From Euryarchaeota archaeon UBA438 (GTDB lineage: Archaea; Thermoplasmatota; Poseidoniia; Poseidoniales; Thalassarchaeaceae), in NCBI GenBank assembly GCA_002504435.1, contig DAQP01000036.1:2047-62917 (forward strand): 60,871 bases of DNA, given 5' to 3'. Of the stretch, positions 1 through 8,564 are shown one piece after another (the first letter of the stretch is position 1; each line of letters starts with the position of its first letter). The notes beneath the pieces were generated by a model that was not told the origin of the DNA, ran no database searches, and worked only from the letters and a program-made list of their open reading frames with translations. The position numbers and the translations under genes are program-made.

Positions 1-3
1 TCA

Positions 4-813
4 TTACTGGTCCCCCCTCCTCTGGTGCTTCAACCTCAGTCTGAGAAGATTGCTCCTGCCCTCATAATGTCTGGAGAATCCGTACCTCAGCATAAGTCCA
101 CAGAAGACAATTACAATCACGACAGCCGCGAATCCAAGAAGTCCCAGCCAGTGGGCCCTCAATCCTGCTCCCATGTGGTGTAGGTCGATACTTTCCTCAG
201 CAGGGGCGGGTGGCTCAATGTCCCCATTCCCAGCGAACACAGTTCTTACCCCTCCGTCTTCGCCCTCGTCAATCATAGTGCTGAGTCTATTCCACCTGTC
301 TAGTTCTGAAGGAACGCCATCGCCATTGACTGAGTTGCCTGACAACCACAAGGAAACAACCCCGGTATCCGCGGAAGGGGCCGTCCATGAGATGTGCCAT
401 GTTCTATCAGGGGTTTGGGATCCAGGGTCGGTATGGGTGAGTGACTGCAGGTCATCTTCCCAGTTCTGTACCAAGTTCTCAAATCCCTCGGAGCCGCTTA
501 GGGATCCATCTGAGACCCTCATCGCAAATCCACCAGTGCCCGAATCAGGGTCAATATCCGGGCCCCCGACTATCTGGATCTTCATGTCATATCTTTCCCC
601 CGGCTCATACCTGTAAGGGACATCAGTCAGGATTAGCGTGACAGAGTTATCAGGTTCTGCAGCATGGCATGTGCAACCCGCTATCGCCACATCTCCGTCA
701 TTGTTTGCATCCCCTCCAACGCCTGTGTGGAAGGCCTGTACTCCACCTGCCAAGAGGAGACCGACGATGCCCATTACGAACAGCCTTCGGGAGCTTGTCA
801 GAGCGGACCTCAT
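4..813 (-). CDS. Membrane-anchored secreted Reeler/choice-of-anchor-V-like protein with CxCH motif
   Basis: N-terminal signal peptide (SRRLF then hydrophobic stretch), GCTCH, W-x-AP and WLSGNSVNGDG motifs, C-terminal TM helix. Paralog at 43748-44800. ATG 813 preferred over the ORF-track start at 843. Confidence 0.65.
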   Translation of the reverse strand: MRSALTSSRRLFVMGIVGLLLAGGVQAFHTGVGGDANNDGDVAIAGCTCHAAEPDNSVTLILTDVPYRYEPGERYDMKIQIVGGPDIDPDSGTGGFAMRVSDGSLSGSEGFENLVQNWEDDLQSLTHTDPGSQTPDRTWHISWTAPSADTGVVSLWLSGNSVNGDGVPSELDRWNRLSTMIDEGEDGGVRTVFAGNGDIEPPAPAEESIDLHHMGAGLRAHWLGLLGFAAVVIVIVFCGLMLRYGFSRHYEGRSNLLRLRLKHQRRGDQ

Positions 814-960
814 GTTGAACCCCCAAAGGACGAGTTGTGCCACCTTAAACGAGGCTATTAAAGTTCCATACTGGAGACTTGCAAGTCACTGTCGAAACTC
901 GTGTTTCATGACATCCCGGATACTCGCCAAACTAATACGCAAAGATAGTACAGCAGGGCC

Positions 961-1266
961 ATGGCGAACCCCAGTTGGCGTAACCTCTACCGACTCTCGG
1001 ATGCCCAAATCTCAAATCTTGATTCGGCCGAGGATAAGATGGAGATGATGGATATCTCCGGTGCAGAAGAAATACTACTCAGCATGCTTGATGAGGATCC
1101 AAGGTGCGTACCCGTTCTCAATATTCTGGGGCACATGAATGGAAGGCACCTTTCCGACTTCGAGGCGGCTATTGGATACTATGACAAGGTACTAGAGATA
1201 GAGCCCGATAACGCCTGGGCTAGAGACGAGAGAAGAAGATATCAGAGATATTTGTCTTATGACTAG
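961..1266 (+). CDS. Small tetratricopeptide repeat protein
   Basis: TPR pattern VLNILG...FEAAIGYYDKVLEIEPDNAWA. Confidence 0.8.
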   Translation: MANPSWRNLYRLSDAQISNLDSAEDKMEMMDISGAEEILLSMLDEDPRCVPVLNILGHMNGRHLSDFEAAIGYYDKVLEIEPDNAWARDERRRYQRYLSYD

Positions 1267-1294
1267 TACACACTAAACACTAGACATACATGGC

Positions 1295-2209
1295 ATGACC
1301 ATGGAAGAGGGCGCAATTCTGATCGTCGGTGTGGGCGGCGTTGGTTGCATTTGGGCCACACAGGCACACTCACGCTGTCAAGAACTATCAGAACTCCTCC
1401 TGATCGATGCAGACGAATCCTCATTCGAAGGAGCAAGTACCGCTAACTGTCTTTTTCTAGACGCAGGAGGGGAGGGCAAGGGTTCTGCTGCGCTCCCTAT
1501 GATGGCAACGCATAGGCTCAGGGAAGGCCTCGACTCAGTCATGCCACTCATCGAGAAAGCAGAAATTATGTTGATACTAACTGGATTGGGCGGGGGAATG
1601 GGGTCTGGGGCTTCTTCTGAAATCGCATCTGTCGCAAAAAATAGGGGCTGTCTGGTTCTATCGATAGCAGGGTTGCCATTCGCCGAACAGCCACTAAGGT
1701 GCTCAATCGCCAACGAGGCAATATCCAGTTTGGACTCCAATTCCCATGTGTGCATTAGGGTGAGCATGGAAAGACTTGCTTGGCAGGCCAGGCAGCGCAA
1801 GACGGATTGGATCACGGGTTCGGGGTGGATCGAGGAACTGATAGAAGGGCTGGTCACTACAATCGCGGAAGTAGGTACGATAAATCTCGATTTGATGGAT
1901 ATGCGCTCTATAATCGAGAAGCCAGGAAATGCAACCCTAATAGTCGGCACAGGCACTACAGAAATCCCCGGATCAGTAGTCGAAATGGCACGTAACTCAC
2001 CACTATCGGAGTTGGAAATACAAGGTGCCAAGGGCTGTCTCGTACAATTAGAAGGAGGTCCCGATATGACACTTTCACACCTGGATCAGATTACAGACGC
2101 ATTCGTTTCCTCTATGGACCCAGACTGCCAAGTGATAATGGGGGCAAGAACTAGTGACGACATGGTCGGCAGACTAAGGCTAGTTGCCGTTGTTAGTGGA
2201 CTAGGATGA
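1295..2209 (+). CDS. Divergent FtsZ/tubulin-family protein
   Basis: IVGVGGVG, tubulin-signature variant GLGGGMGSG, PF motif, T7-loop-like INLDLMD, FtsZ C-terminal domain ending in VVSGL with no tail. Confidence 0.85.
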   Translation: MTMEEGAILIVGVGGVGCIWATQAHSRCQELSELLLIDADESSFEGASTANCLFLDAGGEGKGSAALPMMATHRLREGLDSVMPLIEKAEIMLILTGLGGGMGSGASSEIASVAKNRGCLVLSIAGLPFAEQPLRCSIANEAISSLDSNSHVCIRVSMERLAWQARQRKTDWITGSGWIEELIEGLVTTIAEVGTINLDLMDMRSIIEKPGNATLIVGTGTTEIPGSVVEMARNSPLSELEIQGAKGCLVQLEGGPDMTLSHLDQITDAFVSSMDPDCQVIMGARTSDDMVGRLRLVAVVSGLG

Positions 2210-2256
2210 ACAGTAACACCCCATCAATCGTTAAGTGAATACCTCTTCCGGCAAAC

Positions 2257-2568
2257 GTGAGTAAGCAAGGCAAGGTCTCCAGGGGCAAACAGAGGTGGGT
2301 AGGTTTCCAAATCGAAAACCCTCATCCACAAAGGAAGTCGGTCGAGTCGCTTCTAGAGGACTTGCTTGGGGGGATGAGATGGAGGCTCTTCGACTCTGTA
2401 ACTTCAGAAAAAAATACACTCTGCATACTGCGGGTAAGTTTGTCAGATTGCGATGAAGCCGTATCTATTCTGAATTCATCCGATCAAATCTCTACACTGA
2501 CAAAGTCTGGGAAAATTCGTCTCGTCAGGAAAAGGCTAGAGATTGAAAAGCCCACTAGGAACCGGTAG
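2257..2568 (+). CDS. Rpp14/Pop5 family RNase P protein
   Basis: RWVGFQI start, ILRV, TLTKSGKIR C-terminal motif, about 100 aa. Confidence 0.75.
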   Translation: MSKQGKVSRGKQRWVGFQIENPHPQRKSVESLLEDLLGGMRWRLFDSVTSEKNTLCILRVSLSDCDEAVSILNSSDQISTLTKSGKIRLVRKRLEIEKPTRNR

Positions 2569-3943
2569 GGAAGAACCACTCTACCGTATCCAAATCAGTA
2601 ACGATTGACACATCCCCCTCTCGTTCAAGAATTAATCCGCCACCTATGTCCAGCCCCACGACTCGTGCCTCGTTCCCTGAGAAGGAGGGAAAGGCCCCTT
2701 CCGAAAGAGATAATGAAATCCCCCTCCAGGAGAGGTCAAGTAGGGCCTCTGAGCTGACGCTCGGCAGCCCCGGAACTACTTCCAATATTCCCGAAATGGA
2801 AGAATCAACGCTGCCGAATACAACATCCGCGGACACAGCCCCTAGAGTTTCTGACCATCCCGAAACCAGGTCTTCGGAAATCATCCTAGGGGACGAGTTA
2901 ATCCCGACGCCTACTCGAATGCCCAACTCATTACTGGAAGACTCCACCATTATTCCTCCCAATTTCATTCCCTGCCTGTCAATGAGATCGTTCGGCCACT
3001 TCGTCCTGCAACCGATAATGTTGGCTACAGCGGCCCCCACAGATGTCTGGATTAGCCCGGGAAAAACACCCCTCTCGTCTTCAACCACCACTCTCCAAGT
3101 TGCCGTAATGTCGCCATCTCGTGACTCCCACTTCGACTCACCCCTTCCTCGCCCAGAGTACTGCCTCCTCGATCTAATCCTCTGCCAACCATCCTCCGGC
3201 AGCGACTGGGATTCCGTCATCGTAGAATTGCATTCATCAACAATAACAGGGGATAAGCCCAAACCTGGCCTCCAGAAGGCAACAGCCTCAATTTTCTCAT
3301 CACCCATCCTTAGGCTCTTTATCACCCTGGATGACCAACCTTCCCTCATCCAATCTTCCTTATTGCTGGGACTTTTCGGGTCGCACCTCATTAATAGTAA
3401 AACAATTAATCCATCTTCATTACAACCGCAAACATGACTCATAAGTTCGGCCGACCAACCGCCATTCGGTATATCAGTCATCGAGGCCTCTTCAATCGGC
3501 TCAAGCTGTAGGGCTCCGTCGTCAAGGGGATTCAGATAAGGAAGGTTCCAAACGATTAGCCCTGTCCCCTTGGGAATTTTCCAACCAGGCTCACCCACTC
3601 CTCCCTCGTTAACTGTAACTCTGTTCGAGTGTCCAGATTCTTCGACATTCGATCTCGAAGCCGCAACTGCGTATGGATTCACGTCAAAGGCGAATACGTC
3701 CCATCCGTTCTCAGCAAGAAGTATGGAGAGGGCACCCGATCCACATCCTACCTCAACTGCTGTAGAGGGCTCTAAATCTAGAGCCATAATGGCATCTGCC
3801 AGTATTCTGGTATCCTCTCTGGGAGGATATACAGTCGCAGGAACGACCAGGCTCCAAGGGCCAAGCCCACAGACAGAAAAATCAAGAGTTCTGTGAGGAA
3901 TTATGGAATCATCAAATGGGCCCGAATTTTCCACCTCTCTCAC
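2555..3943 (-). CDS. Fusion of HemK/PrmC-like SAM methyltransferase and biotin-protein ligase (BPL) catalytic domain
   Basis: N-terminal half: VYPPREDT, EVGCGSG, WNLPY. C-terminal half: STM, QYSGRGR, KWPND, KLGGIMVE, GVGIN. Confidence 0.85.
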   Translation of the reverse strand: MREVENSGPFDDSIIPHRTLDFSVCGLGPWSLVVPATVYPPREDTRILADAIMALDLEPSTAVEVGCGSGALSILLAENGWDVFAFDVNPYAVAASRSNVEESGHSNRVTVNEGGVGEPGWKIPKGTGLIVWNLPYLNPLDDGALQLEPIEEASMTDIPNGGWSAELMSHVCGCNEDGLIVLLLMRCDPKSPSNKEDWMREGWSSRVIKSLRMGDEKIEAVAFWRPGLGLSPVIVDECNSTMTESQSLPEDGWQRIRSRRQYSGRGRGESKWESRDGDITATWRVVVEDERGVFPGLIQTSVGAAVANIIGCRTKWPNDLIDRQGMKLGGIMVESSSNELGIRVGVGINSSPRMISEDLVSGWSETLGAVSADVVFGSVDSSISGILEVVPGLPSVSSEALLDLSWRGISLSLSEGAFPSFSGNEARVVGLDIGGGLILEREGDVSIVTDLDTVEWFFPTGS

Positions 3944-4095
3944 CTAATTTCCACAAACCTTTATGCCCGCAAGCCCGAACTAGCGTCTGCCTCCCAACCC
4001 CCCTAGGGTGGCTCAGCCGGTCACGGGCTAGCAGTGCCTTTGCCGGTAGGTTCAAAAATACCCCTACGGTCCGCCAATAGCCCAGCATCAGCCAT

Positions 4096-4169
4096 GGGCC
4101 TGTAGCTTAGTCAGGTAGAGCACCGGGCTTTTAACCCGGTGGCCGGGGGTTCGAATCCCCCCGGGCCCT
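4096..4169 (+). tRNA. tRNA-Lys(UUU)
   Basis: Acceptor stem GGGCCTG/CGGGCCC, anticodon arm CCGGG-CTTTTAA-CCCGG, T loop TTCGAAT, no intron. Confidence 0.95.
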
Positions 4170-4213
4170 CTCCTGAACGAAGCACTGGCCCCTGATTTTG
4201 CTGGCGAGGGGGA

Positions 4214-4837
4214 ATGCGAGTGGCGGTCAAAAGCTCAACTAAAAAGAGACTAATTGAACTGGGCGTCTCCGAGGAGCACGCGCACAAACTAGCTGACGAT
4301 GCAAATATGGATGCAATCAAGAGGATGACCGTTGAAGAGGTCGCCAAGAAGACCGATTTGGAAACGGGTTCCTCCGAGATTGACAACATCATGGGGATCA
4401 TCAGGGAGCAAGCTGCATCCAGGAGAAGGAGCAGGACTGGAAGAGTCACCATTTCCAGAAGCGCTCTTCTAGATGAAGACATACCTATGGGCGATGACAG
4501 ATTCAATGTCCTAAATCATCAACTCGTACCTCATCATGATCTGGTTCCAGAGGAGGACGAGGAAACCATACTCTCACCCTGGGGCATGATAGAAAAGGAC
4601 AATGACGGAAACACTCGTCTCGCCAGAGAACTACTTCCGAAGATCCTAATCACCGATCCAGCCGTTCAGGCCATCAAGGAAATTGAGGAAGAGAAGAGGC
4701 GGATCGAGATCGAGGAAGGTACCAGGGAAGATGACTACCCTGCCGGTTGGCTGAGGAACAGAGTGGTCAAGGTAGTAAGGTACAGCAGGTCAGCGGGCGC
4801 CAGCACCGCTTACCGACTAATCGTAGAGAGCAACTGA
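4214..4837 (+). CDS. rpoH: RNA polymerase subunit H (Rpo5) with N-terminal extension
   Basis: HQLVPHH, LPKILITDPAV, VVKVVRYSRSAG...YRLIV; first gene of the RNAP operon; about 90 extra N-terminal residues. Confidence 0.92.
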   Translation: MRVAVKSSTKKRLIELGVSEEHAHKLADDANMDAIKRMTVEEVAKKTDLETGSSEIDNIMGIIREQAASRRRSRTGRVTISRSALLDEDIPMGDDRFNVLNHQLVPHHDLVPEEDEETILSPWGMIEKDNDGNTRLARELLPKILITDPAVQAIKEIEEEKRRIEIEEGTREDDYPAGWLRNRVVKVVRYSRSAGASTAYRLIVESN

Positions 4838-4847
4838 GGTGAAGTAG

Positions 4848-7800
4848 GTGAAGCAAATAGTAGAGAGTTATTTCGCGCATAGAAGCATGGTTAACCATCA
4901 ATTGGCATCCTACAATGACTGCGTCCCGGGGGATGGAAGAACCAGCAGGATGGAGAAGATTGTCAGAAGCATCAGGATAGGAAGCGACGACCCCCTTGTG
5001 GAGGTCCCCGGAGGGGAAGATGCAGGGGGCATGATCAAGCTCGACGTCCTTGACAAGGAGATATTCATCAGGATGAAAGGAATCAGGCTTGGGGCACCCA
5101 CAGTAAGAGAGGCTAATGGCGCAGAGCATCCGGCAACTCCTTTGGAATGCAGACTCAGGAAGCTAACATATTTCTCACCTATCTACATGGACTTCAGAAT
5201 TTACAGAGACGACCTTCCCACAACCGATGGCGCCGACCTGGGTTTCATTGAGGAGGAAGGGGTCCACATTGGAAACCTGCCGATCATGGTCCGCTCAGCC
5301 AGGTGCAACCTTCACCCAGACCACATCGCCGGCACTCAGGAGAAGTCCAGAAAGCTATCGCCAACGACAATACCCGAAGATGCAGACACCCTGAAGAAAC
5401 TTCTGAGGAAGGCCGGAGAGGACCCCCTGGACCCAGGAGGATACTTCATCATCAACGGAACAGAGAGGGTCCTAATTTCTATGGAGGACCTAGCTCCCAA
5501 TCGAGTAACCGTGGAGAAGAACAAGAAGTACGCTCACGAGACAGAAGTGGCTAAGATATTCTCACAGAAGGATGGCGTAAGGAAGCCAATAAACGTCGAG
5601 AAGCGAAGAGATGGGATGTTGATGGTTAAGATCCCAAGTGCTGGGACAACTGCAATACCAGTAGTTCTTCTGATGAGGGCCCTAGGGATGGAGAACGATA
5701 GGGATATTTTCTCAGCCATAGCTGGGCCAGTGGAGGCAATGAAGTACACAGTTGCCAACCTAAATGACGTCAAAGACAATCCCGAATACGGAGTCGACAA
5801 CACAGAGGAGGCAATGGCGTGGCTGGAGAAGAAATTCGCTGCAGGGCAGCAGAAGGAATACAGAGAGTCACGTATACAGAATCTACTCGACAAGGAACTC
5901 CTTCCCCACTTGGGTTCTGACGATGAGGTCAGAACCAAGAAGGCAATTTTCCTAGGTAGGATAGTACGCCAAGTACTTGAGATGGCAATCACAAATAGGG
6001 ACCCAAATGACAAGGATCACTATGCCAACAAGAGGGTCCGCCTAGCAGGGGACCTGATGGAGGATTTGTTCAGGGTCGGTGTCCAGGGGCTCGCGAGGGA
6101 CCTCAAGTACCAACTCGAAAGGCATCACAACAGAAAGAGGGAGCTCAAAATCAACTCCTGCCTAAGGCCCGATGTACTTACCTCCAAGATCATGCACGCA
6201 CTCGCCACAGGTAACTGGGTAGGCGGAAGGTCAGGAGTCAGCCAACTCCTTGACAGGACGACGTATCTGGCATCTCTTTCCCATATGCGAAGGGTGACAA
6301 GCCCCCTCGTCAGGAGCCAACCCCACTTCGAGGCACGAGACCTCCATCCCACTCACTGGGGTAGACTATGTCCCAATGAAACCCCAGAAGGACAAAACTG
6401 CGGCCTTGTTAAGAACGCAGCCCAGATGATAGATGTTTCAGAGGAGGTGGCCGAGGAAGATGTCAAGGAACTACTGGTTGAGGCAGGTGTAAACCCTAAT
6501 CCAGAGGGTTGGGCGGATGGCTCAAGAATCCACGTCAACGGGGACATCTTCGGCCTCCACAAGAGGCCGAACAAGCTCGTCTCACAGTTCAAGCGCCGAC
6601 GCCGTTCTGGCAGGATAAGGCCAGAGGTCAGCATCAGGCACGACACGGAAAACAGGGACGTCTACATCAACACTGACAGGGGTAGGATCATGCGCCCCCT
6701 CCTAGTTCTCGAGGATGGTACATTGACACTTTCCAAGTTCCACCTAGAGGGACTAGAATCAGGAGAAATAAACTTCTCAGATTTGGTATCTTCTGGAGTT
6801 ATAGAGTGGGTTGACGCTGAAGAGGAGGAAGACCTCCTGATAGCACCAAGGCCATTCGATCTCCCAGAAGTTTCTCCCAAGAACAAACGCCCAATTGACC
6901 CCTCTATGGTTAAGTGGCTGAATCTCGGGGACGAGGAGATTTCCAAGGCAAGGCTTTCAGTCGATGTCAAAATGCCTGACGGTTCGACTGTAACTGAGAA
7001 GTTCTCCCTCCCCCTCAATTACCACCAAGACAACATCGATGACCTCAGGAAGCAAGAGAAGAAGGGCAACACAGTATTGGTTTACACGCACGTAGAAATA
7101 GATCCACAACTAATCCTAGGTGTCTGCGCTGCTCTCGTCCCATATCCCGAGCACAACTCCACTCCGAGAGTCACTGGAGGGACTGCAATGGTCAAGCAGA
7201 GCCTTGGCCTCCCAAGCGCGAACTACCGCCTAAGGCCAGACACAAGAGCACATGTGATGCATTATCCACAGAAGTCTCTAGTCGGCACTCGTGCAATGGA
7301 CACTACTAACTTCAACAGCAGACCGGGAGGTCAGAACCTAGTGGTCGCTATCATGAGTCACCACGGTTACAATATGCAGGACGCTGTCGTGATGAACAAG
7401 GCATCGATAGAGAGAGCACTAGGGAGATCGACTTTCATTCGAACATACAATGCCGAGAATCGCAGATTCCCCGGTGGTCAGGAAGAAAGGATAGAGGTCC
7501 CCGGAACTGGTCTCGACGAGATCAAGGGGATGAAGTCCTTCGACAGCTACTCGCACTTGGAGAGGGACGGCCTACCCGTGCCCGAGGAGTTCCTCACAAG
7601 CGGGGGCTCAGATGCAGCAGTCCTAGTTGGGAAGACAAGCCCTCCGAGATTCCTTGAGGAAGCACACGGCGCGTTCCTACAAGCACAGGAAAGAAGGGAG
7701 TCATCCATGATGGTCCGCCATGGGGAGCATGGATGGGTCGACAACGTGTTCGTCACTGAATCTCTGGACTCTGGAAGGCTAGTGAGGATTACCCTGAGGA

Positions 7801-8564
7801 CAAATAAGATTCCCGAACTGGGCGATAAATTCGCAAGCAGGCACGGGCAGAAGGGGATTATTGGAAGGATTGTCGAGGAAAGCGATATGCCATTCACCTC
7901 TGATGGAGTAGTCCCCGACCTAATCATCAACCCCCACGCAATTCCCTCCCGCATGACGGTTGCCCACGTCCTAGAGATGATAGGGGGCAAGGTCGGAGCT
8001 ATGGAGGCAAGGAGAATTGATGGAACCGCCTTTACTGGCGAGAAGGAGGAGTCATTGAGATCGGGATTGCTCAGAAACGGATTCAACCACACTGGCAGGG
8101 AGAGCATGATCAGCGGAGAGACCGGTGAAGAATATCCAGTAGACGTTTTCGTCGGGGTAATCTATTACCAGAGGCTTCACCACTTAGTCAGCAGCAAACT
8201 ACACGCTAGGAGCAGGGGAAGGGTACAGATTCTGACAAGGCAACCGACCGAGGGTAGGGCAAGGCAAGGCGGTCTAAGGTTCGGTGAAATGGAAAGAGAC
8301 TGCCTTATTTCACACGGCGCATCGATGGTGATCAAGGACAGGCTCTTGGATGAATCGGACGGCTGGCCCCTAATGGTATGCAATACCCCCAGATGCGGGC
8401 ACATCGCGTACTATGACTGGAAGAGGCGAACTACGGTCTGCCCCTCATGCGGTGACAGGGCCGATGTGCACTCAGTGCAGACATCTTACGCATTCAAACT
8501 ACTCCTAGACGAAATGAAGAGCCTTGGAGTCGCTATGAGACTTGAACTGGAGGACCGAAGATGA
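4848..8564 (+). CDS. rpoB: RNA polymerase subunit B (Rpo2), unsplit
   Basis: GGYFIING, CPNETPEG, GDKFASRHGQKG, GLRFGEMERD, C-terminal Zn ribbon. Confidence 0.98.
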   Translation: MKQIVESYFAHRSMVNHQLASYNDCVPGDGRTSRMEKIVRSIRIGSDDPLVEVPGGEDAGGMIKLDVLDKEIFIRMKGIRLGAPTVREANGAEHPATPLECRLRKLTYFSPIYMDFRIYRDDLPTTDGADLGFIEEEGVHIGNLPIMVRSARCNLHPDHIAGTQEKSRKLSPTTIPEDADTLKKLLRKAGEDPLDPGGYFIINGTERVLISMEDLAPNRVTVEKNKKYAHETEVAKIFSQKDGVRKPINVEKRRDGMLMVKIPSAGTTAIPVVLLMRALGMENDRDIFSAIAGPVEAMKYTVANLNDVKDNPEYGVDNTEEAMAWLEKKFAAGQQKEYRESRIQNLLDKELLPHLGSDDEVRTKKAIFLGRIVRQVLEMAITNRDPNDKDHYANKRVRLAGDLMEDLFRVGVQGLARDLKYQLERHHNRKRELKINSCLRPDVLTSKIMHALATGNWVGGRSGVSQLLDRTTYLASLSHMRRVTSPLVRSQPHFEARDLHPTHWGRLCPNETPEGQNCGLVKNAAQMIDVSEEVAEEDVKELLVEAGVNPNPEGWADGSRIHVNGDIFGLHKRPNKLVSQFKRRRRSGRIRPEVSIRHDTENRDVYINTDRGRIMRPLLVLEDGTLTLSKFHLEGLESGEINFSDLVSSGVIEWVDAEEEEDLLIAPRPFDLPEVSPKNKRPIDPSMVKWLNLGDEEISKARLSVDVKMPDGSTVTEKFSLPLNYHQDNIDDLRKQEKKGNTVLVYTHVEIDPQLILGVCAALVPYPEHNSTPRVTGGTAMVKQSLGLPSANYRLRPDTRAHVMHYPQKSLVGTRAMDTTNFNSRPGGQNLVVAIMSHHGYNMQDAVVMNKASIERALGRSTFIRTYNAENRRFPGGQEERIEVPGTGLDEIKGMKSFDSYSHLERDGLPVPEEFLTSGGSDAAVLVGKTSPPRFLEEAHGAFLQAQERRESSMMVRHGEHGWVDNVFVTESLDSGRLVRITLRTNKIPELGDKFASRHGQKGIIGRIVEESDMPFTSDGVVPDLIINPHAIPSRMTVAHVLEMIGGKVGAMEARRIDGTAFTGEKEESLRSGLLRNGFNHTGRESMISGETGEEYPVDVFVGVIYYQRLHHLVSSKLHARSRGRVQILTRQPTEGRARQGGLRFGEMERDCLISHGASMVIKDRLLDESDGWPLMVCNTPRCGHIAYYDWKRRTTVCPSCGDRADVHSVQTSYAFKLLLDEMKSLGVAMRLELEDRR

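Noticed and set aside
4111-4506. ORFs overlapping tRNA genes (4111-4506 and 38242-38802, minus strand)
   Set aside because: Antisense translations of tRNAs and real genes (for example GFEP from the T arm)
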